From Marsupella aquatica (lineage: Eukaryota; Plantae; Marchantiophyta), in NCBI GenBank assembly GCA_973895155.1, contig OZ316891.1, forward strand, positions 24,427,899 through 24,491,898: a DNA stretch of 64,000 bases, in the 5' to 3' direction. Of this stretch, positions 1 to 12,639 are shown piece by piece. A program made the translations under genes and the position numbers. Position 1 is the first letter of the stretch. Each line of letters starts with the position of its first letter. The notes beneath the pieces were generated by a model, which saw only the letters and a list, made by a program, of their open reading frames with translations, did no database searches and was not told where the DNA came from.

Positions 1-1126
1 AAGTCAGAGTATTAAGTGTGAGGTCATTCCACTCAGGTTTGTGCATACGGGGTGACAAACTATGCTCCTCTACAGCGTGTGATCCAAACATGTGTAGACA
101 CCAAAAGCACCAGTGGTGGGGTCTGGGAGGCCAGGCACACTGCAGGATGGCGAGTGGTTCCAGATGATACATTGTGCTCTATGCAAAAATTGACATCCAA
201 GAGAACGGTCATCCAACTCTGGGCTAGATGCCCGACAGGCAGGACAGTCATATTGGCAACTGTGTACACACCCTTGGGCCCTAATTTGTGGCGGGTCATG
301 TACGAGAGATAGAAATACCAAGGATGTTGGGAAGGGTGGAGAAGTAGGTACAGGCCGGCTGTAGTTATTCATGGCAACAATAGGGTACTCAAAGTACCAT
401 GCAGACTGGGCAGGAAGGATCCCAAGTCTGACATACTCAAGGCGCAACCTCTCTGCCTTGCGTGCAAGCCGCACATGTTTAGCATTGCGGGTGCTCACCA
501 TAACTGTTGCTTTTGTTCAGATGTCTTGTGTTCACGTCCTCCAACGTCCTTCAATCAGCAAGGTCAGTAGGAGCTGTAATTGCCTCTCCAACAACAACCA
601 GAAGAGAGACTAATCAGTTCCCACTCACTGTGTCATTCCCTTGGTTCCAACTAGAGGTCATAGTATAAACATAGCATGAAACACTCCTAATGAACAATGT
701 TGCAAACTACAATATCCAGAAAGACTGAAAGTCTCACCCTGCAGTGAGCAACAGAGAGGTAGTTCACTGCTTGCAAGAGTGAACTGAGCAGGAGTGTAGG
801 CAGACTGGCATTCAGTTGGCACAACTATATTGTGCATCAGCACAAAAGCTCTTATAAACATGATATGCATGAAACTTGTCGATAAAATAGAAGGAAACTA
901 AGAGTGGATGCAAAACAAAGTAAATTACATCACAGGTTGGCACAGGAAGTGGCTCGCAGCACTCAGTCAAACTTCATAACCAAAGTACAGACTGTGTTCA
1001 CAATAAGGAGCTTCCTAAAAAAGAGGCCACCAAAAGGGGGTGGCAGAAAGGTCACTTGACAAAATGAAGATGGGAATGAAAAAACTGCCTCCAAGCCCAA
1101 TACATGTGACCAAATATATATTCAAA

Positions 1127-1670
1127 GAGGATCCCCAACAGAGCAGAAGACAGTATGATCCCAATTACTATGTTCTATCCATAACTACACGATCTGAAAA
1201 TGTTATGAGCAGACATGAAGAAGCCAGCAAAACAAAGGAAATAGAGCAAAATAGAGCATGGATCGAGAAAATGAACAACATCTAGTTCTTACACAAGAAA
1301 CTCAGTGACAGCAAACAAATTCACTAGCCCCAGGAAGTGAAAAGCAAATGAGTACCAAGCCAACCAACTAAGACTGACTATGAAATGCAAGTGACATCAT
1401 TTCAACCAAAAAATACAATAAAGCACTTAGGCAACATTAATATAGAAGTGTAGTGGAATTATATCATGCGACAGATAGTACTTGGTTCTACCTGAGGTGT
1501 ACAGGCATACTTCCCTCAGGTAGAATGTGTATGCAGTTACATACACATGAGGATCCCCAACAAAGCACACAACAATATGATCTGAATTCCCAATTACTCT
1601 GTTCTGTCCATACCTATGTTCATAAAAAATGTTATGAGCAGACATTGAGAAGCTAGCAAAACAGAGGAGC
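1127..1670. repeat. Diverged ~115-bp direct duplication (about 1127-1240 and 1548-1670)
   Basis: Shared blocks GAGGATCCCCAACA, CCCAATTACT..GTTCT and AAAATGTTATGAGCAGACAT..GAAGC.AGCAAAACA in both copies. Confidence 0.7.
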
Positions 1671-3492
1671 CAATCGAAGCCAAAATACTACATTCAAATA
1701 CAAGCTCACAAATAGGACTGAATTAGAACTCTTGCCTTTTTGCACTCCACCTGCACCAAAATGAAGTCTTAATACCAGGGACACGAAGAACACAAAACAA
1801 ATGCCGGAGCACATTCAAAGACAAAATGATTCATGAATAGCACATTCAAAGACAGAGCGGAAATAATTGAAAAAACCTGAGTGAAACAATTGTTCACACA
1901 TAACGAGACATTGGAGGTTGAATACAGCAGTCACCGCCAAGAATGTATGCATGAAACAGACATGAAGATATCGAATATGTATATGCATTCCAGACTTCAT
2001 GCCAGACAGTGGCGAAAATTAAAATGAACTAGTTTTGACTTTATGACTCTCAGAATGAAAATATTTTATTTCAGAATTATATTCTATTTCAGAATTGGTT
2101 CAACTCTGTGGATTGTGAACTGTCCCACTTGGAATTCAACTATTTGGGCTATCTAAGAATGCAGTTCAAAGGACATACAGTGCAAGACAGTTAGAGATCA
2201 TGTCTTCATTCCGACGTCCAATTGGACATTTTATGTCACAAACTGCGCAAGCAATGAAGTCCATGGAATTCTCTCAAAAATGCAGCTTTTGTTGTTGGTA
2301 AAAGCAACTACGAGTTTCCTATTGAGTGCCCCCCGATGCACAATACTACCAGAGGCCCACTTTAGACTGCGATGGCTGTCATTACTTATTGGGAACTCGA
2401 ATGCATATATATTGAAATGCTTCGCAGAGTGTTTCGACCACAAAAAACCTAACATCAATCTCAACATTCAGTCCCGTCTCATAATTGATTTAGAGGAGGC
2501 TTAGCATTCAGTACAGTGTCAACAATCAGTCTTGTCTTCACATTCAACCTCCGATTGCAAGGGGCTTCGATGAAAGCACAAGACAGAGCTATAGAAGAAG
2601 AGATAGAGGAAGGCACCTGTGTGTTCGGGGAAAATGTGAAGCTCCAAAGACCACCCTAAACTGAAATCGCAGCGCGCAGTTGGCCGGTCGTAGGTTGATA
2701 AAAGCAAAGCATAGAGCCACTTGGACTTTTGCAATGTTGTGAACTTGCTCCTTTCCTCACACTGTGACCAATGTTGCAAGGCACAACAAAATGTTGCAGT
2801 TGAGGTCCTATGCCTGATGACATGATCAAGAATGAGTAGCTACAATGTCCAGTCTCTCTTGACAGGGTGACATAGCAGCAATACATACATTGGATCAAAG
2901 CACGAGTCGGAGAAAAACAATGAGAGATAAAAATGGACTTTTGCTCACCCATGTGCTGGATGGAAGAATGCAGCTACGAGGGCCGGTCTCCAACTATAGC
3001 TCCTTGATGGCAAACCGCAGGCTCTTCCCGGTTCTTCAACCAAAAACTGACCCGAAACACACTCTTGCAATGTCCTGAGTTAGTCGCAACAACTCCAATG
3101 TAGGTTGCAGCTGCCAATCCGTTCCCTCCGCCCTCCTTGCCAATGCCAACTCCCAATAGCAATGAGACTTGTTCAACTGACCTCCTTCGTAGGAGCTCCC
3201 AACTCCCAAAGGAAAACTGTCACTACTCACAGCTAAAAAATGGTCCCTGGACCTTGTCGCTGCCAATGTGCGTCGTGCGCTCAGTTCTCCTGCCCACCAA
3301 GAACTTCAACTATAACTTCAACTCCAATGCCCAAGAAGATTGATGAGCTCCTTAGTCAAAGACGCAGCTGGAAGGGTATGCACGCACTTACAGTTCACTA
3401 AGCTCCAATGCCCGGGACGATTGAGGAGTTGCTCTTGAGACTGGTTGTAGCTTGCACTCTTCACCTCAGGAATCCCGCGACGTTGTTTGAGC

Positions 3493-3860
3493 CACTAGTA
3501 GAAACCGGGGGGTATTTAGACCCCATTAAACGACTATTCAGTACCGTATAGGACTTGGAAACGACTGGGAAGGACTCCAGTCCTTTATAGGACTATGAGT
3601 CGTATGTTTTGTTACTAAAATCAACTGAGTCCTTTATAGAACTGGTTTACAAGTCGTTTTATAGACTGGATTTTCAGTCTATTGTAGTCTTTGTGTGGGT
3701 AGGTTTGGTGAGTCTTTTTCAGTCTTTTATGGGCTGCGATGGTGAGTCGTTGGGAACGACTCAAAAGGTTATGGTGGGTAGTCTTTAAGTATACTTTGTG
3801 GGTTTATAAAACGACTAAAGTAGACACTTTGTGGGGGTTTATAAAATGACTAAAGTAGAC
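3493..3860. mobile_element. CACTA/En-Spm terminus: TIR plus subterminal repeats
   Basis: Begins CACTAGTAGAAA at 3493, followed by many AAACGACT/AGTCGTT(T) subterminal motifs in both orientations. 3860-3920 is homologous (inverted) to 41276-41333, downstream of the CACTA TnpA-like gene. Confidence 0.85.
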
Positions 3861-3935
3861 ACTAATCTTCTATACCATGTACACTAATATGAATTCACAG
3901 ATTCAAACATCATAGACTACAAAGAAGGTCACAAA

Positions 3936-3990
3936 GAGGTACACAACTTCATCAGTTATCAGTGACTTTCATCAGTCACTGATATCAATC
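3936..3990 (+). repeat. MULE-1 left terminal inverted repeat (short, degenerate, ATCAGT-rich)
   Basis: Starts GAG directly after the 9-bp TSD; core TCATCAGTTATCAGTGA shared with the termini at 25160, 41350 and 44565. Confidence 0.85.
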
Positions 3991-4339
3991 TGTGCCCGAA
4001 ACTCAGCGACGCCGCCGACATAGACTTAATTCACACCCACAGTCAAACCCTATGTCGGAGTCCACTCCGACATTGTTTTGGTTCGGACAATTAGTAATGT
4101 CGGCTGCCTCTCTGACCATCGTGGTGCCCTTTCTAACCATCTTGGCGCCCTCTCTGAGATATCCTTGGAGTGTTGTTCCATCTCGGCTGAGCTCGCCAAG
4201 ATGAAAACATACCCAGCAACGTGTACAACATAGCATATCAAATAGGAGCCACATTAAGAACGTTTGGATGACACACTTTTTATTAAACTTTGTACTTTAC
4301 AACGATGTTGTCTATCTCAATTTTCTGAACTAAATTCCA

Positions 4340-5147
4340 CTAGGCTGCGTCTCCATCTTCCATCCTCTCTACAGGGTAATTGTCTGGCAGACAAGGTCCA
4401 CAACAATCTTTTGCCGCATTGATGTCTATAAGTGCAGGGTCAAAGTTCAGTACGCCGCCTCCAGAAATACGCTCCATGTAGATAATGATATATACACCAC
4501 AATTGTAATCATCCCCTTGACCTGGAATGTTATCTCGGTAAATGCGTGGCCATTCTAAAGGACATAACAAGGTACGACCCCGCAAGATGGAGAGGTCCGA
4601 AAGAAACTGAGCTACTTTGAACACTTCTGTGCCATCCTGTGCTTTGGGCACAAGCGGATCAAGTAAATGCAGTTGCCGCAAGGCAGTATCAACCACAACT
4701 AGTACCCAGTGTTTTGGCCGGTAGACGGGGATTAAAACGTACTCGTGCTCCCACATTTGAATGCCCCGCCAATATGCCAACGCTGCGTTGAAGTTATATT
4801 TCGGAGATGTCATCACTTGGTAAAAATGTGTTGGCAATAACATGGCCTTGGGTTTATGAAGGGTTTGTGCTCTTCGTTCCAGTAAAGCAATGTAAGCATT
4901 GATGACGTTGCAAGTGATCCATTTTTTGGCCTCAAGCATTTTAAATGTGCCCTCGTCAAGTGCACGTCCTCGATTGTCACTATGACCTCTTTTTGGTCCG
5001 CCTTGGGGTCCAATGCCTTCTATACTATCGCCAAAAATTTGGATGGTTGCTGTTGTGCGGGCACTCCTTTGTTTGCAAGCCCCACCTCTTTCACTCCTGC
5101 CCGGGGAGTCAGCCCCTCATTCACTGGTTGCTCAGGTCTCTCCTGAG
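4340..5147 (-). pseudogene. Ulp1/peptidase C48 SUMO protease domain (frameshifted), MULE-1 cargo
   Basis: WITCNVINAY, IPVYRPKHWVLVVVD, LLDP and QGDDYNCG (His-Asp-Gln-Cys set); split over ORFs 4813-5013 and 4340-4939; paralog at 25776-26576. Confidence 0.9.
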
Positions 5148-5175
5148 CTGCAATGAAGGTAAATTCATTCAAACA

Positions 5176-5558
5176 TTACTCTTCGGAACTGGAGCTTGAT
5201 AATCTTATACTTACATGGTGAGTTTGGAGACTGTCACTTCCTACCGAGCTACTCTCATCCGATTGAGCTTCTTTTGCCCTATCATCGACAAATTTGAGAG
5301 TTTTCCTTTTTCTCTCTTGTACACAGCGAGGCACTATTTCTTCATGATAGGTATCAGCAGCGTAGCACGGAAGGGTTAACTTCTGCGGCGAGAAATATGC
5401 CAAAGCTTCCTCCCACGCGAGCTTGACAAGCCGTCTGTCCTGGCTGTCCCATTCCGCTGTAGCTGACTCAATAGTCCTGTCGGGAACTGCTACTAAGTTA
5501 TACTTAAATTCAATCAAATAATGTATTGCGCCCAAAATAGACGTAAACAAGAAGGTAT
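5176..5558 (-). CDS. Conserved exon of unknown function between the MTase-like and Ulp1 regions
   Basis: Strong similarity to ORF 26604-26948 (FKYNLVA.PDRT.ESAT.EWD.QDRRLVKLAWEEALA). AG acceptor at 5560-5559 is phase-compatible with the GT donor at 6732. Confidence 0.65.
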
Positions 5559-5586
5559 CTGTCGGGGAAGGTAGTCGACATGGATC

Positions 5587-6511
5587 GACGGATCTCGGAG
5601 AGGCCAGCCGAGATCACTCTTCCTGAGACGGATCTCGTAGAGGCCAGCCGAGATGACTATTCCTGAGATGGATCTCAGAGAGGCCAACCGAGATTGACTA
5701 TTCCTGAGACAGATCTTGGAGACGCCAGCCGAGATGACTCTTCGGTACACGGATCTCGGAGAGGCTAGCCGAGATGACTCTTCGGTACACGGATCTTGGA
5801 GAGGCCAGCTGAGATCACTCTTCCTGAGACAGATCTTGTAGAGGCCAGCCGAGATGACTATTCCTGAGACGGATCTCAGAGAGGCCAACCGAGATTGACT
5901 ATTCCTGAGACAGATCTTGGAGACGCCAGCCGAGATGACTCTTCGGTACACGGATCTCGGAGAGGCTAGCCAAGATGACTGTTCCTGAGACGGATCTCAA
6001 AGAGGCCACCCGAGATTGACTCTTCCTAAGACGGATCTTGGAGAGGCCAGCCAAGATCACTCTTCCTGAGACGGATCTTGGAGAGGCCAACCGAGATGAC
6101 TATTCCTGAGACGGATCTCAGAGAGGCCAGCCGAGATGACTATTCCTGAGACGGATCTCAGAGAGGCCAGCCGAGATTGACTCTTCCTAAGACGGATCTT
6201 GGAGAGGCCAGCCGAGATCACTCTTCCTGAGATGGATCTCGGAGAGGCCAACCGAGATGACTATTCCAGAGACGGATCTCAGAGAGGCCAGCCGAGATTG
6301 ACTCTTCCTGCAACGGATCTTGGATAGGCCAGCCAAGATCACTCTTCCTGAGACGGATCTTGGAGAGGCCAGCCGAGATGACTATTCCTGAGATGGATCT
6401 CAGAGAGGCCAGCCGAGATTAACTCTTCCTGAGACGGATCTTGGAGAGGCCAGCCGAGATCACTCTTCCTCAGACGGATCTTGGAGAGGCCCGCCAAGAT
6501 GACTCTTCCTG
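5587..6511. repeat. 40-bp tandem satellite (~23 units) with higher-order structure, in a MULE-1 intron
   Basis: Unit GACGGATCTCGGAGAGGCCAGCCGAGATGACTATTCCTGA, period 40-41 bp. Confidence 0.95.
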
Positions 6512-6732
6512 AGTTGCATGTAGAGGAATGAATCTTGGCAAGGTCCGCCAACATGCATCTCAAGTTAGGACTTGCCCTCGCTTGTAGAGGAGGCCAGACA
6601 CTATGAATGTCAGCGAGGTCAGCCGACATGCATACATATCGGCGAGGCCGCTGACTTGTATCCCTCTATTGTCAACCATTGCGACGAGCAAGCAAATATG
6701 AAATGAACAACGTCAAACGCCAGAAAACTTAC

Positions 6733-9700
6733 ATGTCGTTGGGAGTACTGCCGGCTTTTTCTTCTTGCGCTTTTCTGGATTGGCTTTTGAACGGACCACC
6801 TCTTCCTCCTCCGGGGAGATCACTCCAACCAGTTGTGCTAGTTGGTCTTGCGCACAAGTTCCGAAGTGAGGATAGGATTCAGTCCCAAACACCATCCGCC
6901 CGCAATTTTCACCCGCCTTGAATATTGCCCCAAACTGTGCGTTGAAAGTGAGGATAGTTGCCCCAGGGTGTGTTGTATATTCGATGATACATTGGAGCGT
7001 TGCTGGCGACAATGTGCCCGCAAAAGGATCGTTAACCTGATTCTTCTTGGATGTATAGTTCATTAGCCCATTCCTACTCTTCATATCGAGCTTTGCACTA
7101 ATTGGTGCCACATCGTCCTTTGGGCATATCTCCACAGCAGATTGAAACCCCCACAGGTCTAGCTTGAGATATTCGCTCTGGATCGGCCAAACATATTCAG
7201 AGGTCAGACTTCCTCAGTTTAGGATAGTAAGTCATTGGAATAAAAAATAAATGAAGAAGTAGGTAATTGATGGGACTTACTCGCTTCCCAGTCCTACCAT
7301 CGTAGGTGGGTGTGTCGTTCCAGATAAAGAAGCTTTCTTTCAACCCCCAGTTGGTATTCTCGTAAACTAATGCATCATAAATGCAAGTTGAGTGCCAAAG
7401 CGAACCACTGTGCACGATGGCAAACAGTCCTTTGGAATCAAGGACATCTCGAGCAAACTCCTGAACCTGGTTCAAGTCGTCCTCCCGGAACGAATTCCAC
7501 AACGGGGTGGACTTACCCTCGACCATACGTGTGTCTGTTCCCATATGTATCATAATTAAATCTGCACCAGTCTTCACTCGCTTCCCCCCTTTTCTCCAGG
7601 CATTTTGACGCAAACCTTCCCGCAATAGCTTTCTGCACCATGAGATCAATTTACTAACTACAGGGGGTTCGGTACCTTCTTTAGCCGCATCAAAAAAAGT
7701 TGTAAATAGATTTGGAGACCACCTAAAATACATGTCTGCTCTGGGAAGACATGGTATTGGCATAAGGACGCCTTACTCCTTCCAACTCTATGTTATCCTC
7801 TTCTCCAAGGGCCTCTTCATCCTCCTCATTTTCCAATGTGGGGTCAGGTTGGATGGTTGTGGGCGGAACCTCTCCAGTGCCGGGCGGGGGAGGCGACTCA
7901 GTGGGGGAAGGAAGAGGAGGAAATTCCTCGTCACGTGCTTTGCTTGGGCTCCCTTTGGGAGCTCTGGGTCGCCTAGTTTGCTTTCTTTTTAAGGCCTTTT
8001 CCTTTTGCCGTGACAGTAATGGTGGCCGGTAAGGCACAAGAGAGATATCAGACAAGCGCCCTTTGTCTCCGGATTGTCCTTTGTCCTCATCCTCTCGCTC
8101 CTCTTCCTCTTGCTCACCCACATCATCCTCACCTTGCTGCTCGTCAGTCAATTCATCTTGTACTTCAGGAGCCTCATGCGGAGGCAAGTCAAATTCTTGC
8201 AGTGGAGCCTCGTCTGGACCCAACTCAACTATTGGTTGTTTATCCTTGTGCCCTGGACCCTGCAAAACCCCTGGACCGTCCTCAACTGCTGCCTTTGTAG
8301 CCGGCTCTACACCCTTGCTCTTGATAGAATCAGGTTCCGTTTGGATCTCTGCATGACTTGCATAGGATGCAAATTGATGAGCTTCATGATGGCAACTGTA
8401 TCTCGGCGAGCCTCGCCAAGATCGGGTTCATTATATGCAAGCAACTTATTACTCAACTAATACTTCATCTCGGCGAGCCTCACCGACATCTGGACTGGAC
8501 CAGACACTTAATCTCGGCGAGCCTCGCCAACCCAGCCAATGTTTTTTCCAATGCAAGCCACCACCTGATTCGAAAGGAATTGAGTAATACCTGATGGGAT
8601 CTTTGTTGGAGTGCTTATAGAATCTGACTGACTGGCGGATTGTTCCTTGTCGACCTTCTTCTCGCCTCCTTCCTTTCGGGCCTTTTTCCCATCATAGGCT
8701 GGGTCCATTGGGATTATGGCCTCCAACGCTATTGCCTGGGGCATAGAGTCCATCAATTGTCGCAGCTTGGATATATCGTAGTAATTTGTAGGCTCCTGTT
8801 GGTCCTTGAGCTTCATTGCACACTCCTTCTCAGCGTCATCGATAAAAGTATTCTAGTCACGGTATTCCATATACCATGGGCAGTTTTGACGTTCCCAATC
8901 GCAGACTACTCTGCCATTAGGAATTTGGCCATCACATGGATACATGCTAAGGCTCCCTTTCGGCTCCATCCAAGATGTGAGTGCCCATGGCAGCTCTTTC
9001 AATACGGATGCATTCATGTTCTCCTGATTGATTAGAAATCTTGTCACGCACCTCTTTGTTCGCTTTTTCCACAATTCTTTTAACAAGACCGTGGCCTTTC
9101 CGTCAATCCAAATTTCCCCGCCTAGTTTCAGTGATTTCTCTTGCACATAAGCTCGATAAAGCCTTCTGTATAGCTCTGCAAATTCCTCCTCTGTCCCAGA
9201 AAACTCATGGTACATCTGTCTTTGGTAGGCCTTTGCAGCAAAATCGGACAAAATCACACAACCAACGTGGTCAATGTAACACCACATTGACCAGACCGCT
9301 AACCAGGATCTAATTGCAGCATCACCATTGCTATGTGGATGGTGATACATACTCTTCTCCTCCTTCGTTCCAAAATGAGCTTTCAATAGCTTTACTCTGC
9401 ACTCTGCAGTTACCCAAGCCCCAGCAAACAAGCGGACCCTGTCCAAGCCAACCTGTACATTCATCACACCCTGCTTGGCATCCTTTGACAACTTGTGATA
9501 CAGCTGCCGACATACCGGCATGAACTGGTCTCCATTGGCCGGATTCACGCAGGCCGCAAGCTTGGGGAACTTGTTGTCCCAGGCCTTGCATGCAACAATA
9601 ATCATTGCCTCCGTCTCCTCCTCAGTTCTCTTCACACTCCACGGGTGCCCACGAGCTGCGTCTTGTGCCATCTCCTTGGAGATATTGATTCGTCCCGCTT

Positions 9701-10718
9701 CAATGTTTGACCAAGACATGATGTACACAACGGCTTCTTTTGTCATATTCTTCGAGTACCAAGTCTTCCCATGTCCTCGATTTCGGGCCTTCATGAAAGC
9801 CTCCATTGTCTCCTTTGACATGAGCGAACTGTACTCCTCCAATGGAGTGTTCAATAGCTTTGCAACCCGATCAGCGTCATTAAACCAGGACATCTTTACG
9901 ACAGTCGCACTTATCCTGAAAATGACAAACAGTACTCATAGCGGCAATTTCAGAGAGGCTCTCCAAGATGGCACACAAGGTTTACACAAACGGGTACTAA
10001 TCACATTTTGCAAAAAGATGCGCATTGCTTGCTCAACCTTCTTGAATCCGTCCTTCCCAACGTTCAAAAGAGAGAATCTGACGCACGGATGGTATTGCAA
10101 TTGATCCGGATACTCAGAAGCAACTGCGGACCAGGCTGTGTATCTGTGGTTTCCATCAAAAACCCAAAACATCTTGTCCTTAAGGACTTTGAACTCCTCT
10201 GATGCATCGCACTCTTGCTCAAACTGTTCATTGAGTTGAGTCCATAGAGGGTCCCAAAATGGCTTGAAGTCTGTCACTGTCTGCGTTTCTCCAATTTCAT
10301 TGAACTCAGTAATGTGGAACTCGTTGAGCTTCACAACATAGCCGCTCTCTTTGAATCCTTTTTTTAATTTTGCAACCGACTCATCCTGAAGATTCCTCAC
10401 TGCCTCCATTGGCATGAGCCGGCACAAGGGGATCTGGGGTGGATCCTTACTAAACTTTGTCTCATACTTGGAGACGATAGACTCCCAGGCTCCCTTCTCA
10501 GCAATATCAGCCAATTATGCCGCTCCAATAGGCTCAAATGATATCTGCTTTGGCTCAAACTTCCTCCTAGAGTCGACTGACTCCATAAGTGGACCACCCT
10601 GTGAGCGCGTCAGTTGAGACGTGACTGGCGAAGGAGACTTGGATCATGGTTTCTTACTCCGCTGAGAAATTTGGCTGTCGGCAGGTCCAGCTCCAGTCGA
10701 GTCTTTCCTCTTTGGCAT
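6733..10718 (-). pseudogene. Multi-exon MULE-1 cargo gene: ParB-like N-terminal domain, helical region, acidic/Pro linker, degenerate beta-class N4/N6 DNA methyltransferase-like domain
   Basis: FWVFDGNHRYTAW (ParB-type DGxHR). ADLIMIHMGT..FARDVLDSKGLFAIV..FFIWN and LQCIIEYTTHPGATILTFNAQFGAIFKAGENCGRMVFGTE match the layout of N6_N4_Mtase motifs. In-frame stops near 10645 and 10516; collinear paralog in MULE-2. Confidence 0.7.
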
Positions 10719-11309
10719 TTAGATTACATGAGAAATGAAAGAGTTATTACTCGGCAATAGCTCGACCTATAAACCTGACAAGATCTTAGCGAGCCCCGCC
10801 GAGAGAGCCAGTTTTCAAGGATACGCGGGGTCCAGCCTATCACACATTTGATTCATCTACAAATGGATTTTACATATCAAGAAAAAGGGGGAGCCAAGAG
10901 AAAAACCTGAGAGAATCACCAACGTTCACGGCAAATCACTGTCGCAAATGCTCACAAGAAAATGTTGCCTAAACGCTCACGAAGAAGCTACCACACGCTC
11001 ACTGCCTCAAAACACCAACGCAATCCAGTAGACACAATAACAGGGTTGCACAGGAGAGTTTACCGTGAGTGGGACGACTGAAGAAGAGCAGGAACAACGC
11101 GGATGTGAGCGCGGAGAAGTGAGAGATTGCACAAGACCAATATGCAAAGATTGAGGAAGAGCACAGATTAGAGCGCGAACGAGTAAGGGACGCAAAAGAG
11201 TGAGGTAGAGTGAGAAGGTCCGGGGATTAGTGATAAAGACGAGCGCCAAACCTAAGGTGTCACACCGTGGAAGAGTGACGAGGAAGGAACGACATCCACT
11301 TCAAGGAAT

Positions 11310-11420
11310 AACGTACCGCACATACTGCACAACACTAAAGTACGCAATAGATACGGGAGATCCTAACTATATTTCAATACGTACATGTTAACGGCCCAAA
11401 CAAGAAAGTACACAATGCTA
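11310..11420 (-). promoter_or_regulatory. GTAC-rich upstream module of the ParB/MTase-like gene
   Basis: ACGTACCGCAC..GATACGGGA.ATCC.AACTATA..GTTAACGG.CCAAACAAGAAAGTAC also found at 49600-49710 and, inverted, at 57450-57630. Confidence 0.55.
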
Positions 11421-11729
11421 ACGCGAGTACTGACCACCACTAGTACGAGAGAGTTTAGGGTACATTTAGGGTACAATTAGGGACTTTGGCCTACAACTCA
11501 AATGAGTCCGAATGTAGGAGACCCTTGTTGTCATTTCATTCCGAGGCCTACTAAGACGTGTCAACATCTCGGTGCGTCAGCTCAAAGAGGAAATGGTTGC
11601 CCACATGCATTATCATTTGGGTGGCTTAACTAAAAGAGGAAATTGGGGTTAAGAGAAGGGGGAAGAGCACAAGTCAACAAGATCAAGGAGGGTTTGTTGG
11701 AGGAGACTTAATAAAGGCGGCCAATTATG

Positions 11730-11750
11730 TTTAGGGTTTAGGGTTTAGGG
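11730..11750 (+). repeat. Short interstitial plant telomeric repeat / telo-box (TTTAGGG)x3
   Basis: TTTAGGGTTTAGGGTTTAGGG; similar runs near 24600, 24901, 25136, 44341, 49758 and 57129. Confidence 0.85.
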
Positions 11751-11835
11751 TAAAATATGAGAAGTAGAAAAAAGTCCAACACTCTAGCGAACTTCACGGT
11801 AGAAAAGTACGCTTCTTGGGTCAAAAAGGTCGCCA

Positions 11836-12430
11836 GCCTCTCGGAGACCCTCTCTGAGATGGAGTCGTGGGCCAGATGACACCACTTATGGACCCTGTTA
11901 ACAGTTTCAAAGGGTTAGCTACAACATACACTGTCTCTCAGAGACCCTCTCAGAGATGAAATTAAGGGTATTCTATTTCAAAGGAAGGACTCAAAATGGT
12001 TCTATCCAACATCCGATGTCAGAGACCCTCTCTGAGATGGAGTGGTGTGGCCCGAACGGCCAGACGACAAAAATTGTCAATCGCGTCTTGGGTGGAAAGG
12101 GAAGCGAGATTGCAACCCAATCGCTCGGAGACCCTCTCTGAGATGGAGCCGTGTGCCCCAAGTGGCCAGAGAGCAGTTCTCCCAGATCGCATATTGGGTC
12201 AGAAAGGTCGCCAAATGAGACCCAGCCTCTCGGAGACCCTCTCTAAGATGGAGTCGTGGGCGTAATTTGGCCAGATGACACCACTTGTGGACCCTGTTAA
12301 TAGTTTCAAAGGGTTAGCTACAACATACACTGTGTCTCTTAGAGACCCTCTCCGAGATGAAATTAAGGGTATTCCGTTTCAAATGAAGGACCCAAATTGG
12401 TTCTATCCCACATTCGATGTCAGACCCTCG
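11836..12430. repeat. Internal duplication (~190-bp copies at about 11836-12030 and 12225-12420) plus palindromic motif copies
   Basis: Near-identical GCCTCTCGGAGACCCTCTCT.AGATGGAGTCGTGGGC..GACCCTGTTAA.AGTTTCAAAGGGTTAGCTACAACATACAC blocks. Confidence 0.85.
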
Positions 12431-12639
12431 CCAAAATACAAGGATGAACCCAAAAGTGCATGCAAAAACTGACCGTACAGTACTTTTCAATGTTTTTACA
12501 ATGTAATTTTGTATGGATCGCGTGTCCGTACAAATCTACCATCTCAGAGAGGCTCGCCGAGTACAAATGCTGTTGCCCAAATGACCCGAGTCCATCTCAG
12601 AGACCCCCACCGAGAATAATTTAGGGTGGAAACTAAATG

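Noticed and set aside
1-3492. Host protein-coding gene
   Set aside because: Only short ORFs with no recognisable motif; exons may exist but cannot be supported from the sequence.
5514-6629. ORFs in satellite arrays (also 27060-27665, 55459-56736) and antisense ORFs over pol and the transposases
   Set aside because: These are translations of tandem repeats or shadow frames of real genes and are not conserved between the two elements.
6733-10718. Bacterial or phage contamination (ParB + MTase operon) or an active DNA methyltransferase
   Set aside because: The gene has GT-AG introns and lies inside a TSD-flanked plant MULE. DPPY and FxGxG are absent in both copies, so catalytic activity is not supported.
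11730-11750. TTTAGGG runs as a chromosome end or healed break
   Set aside because: Only 2-3 units each, occurring at equivalent positions inside both elements, so they are better read as telo-box-like element sequence.
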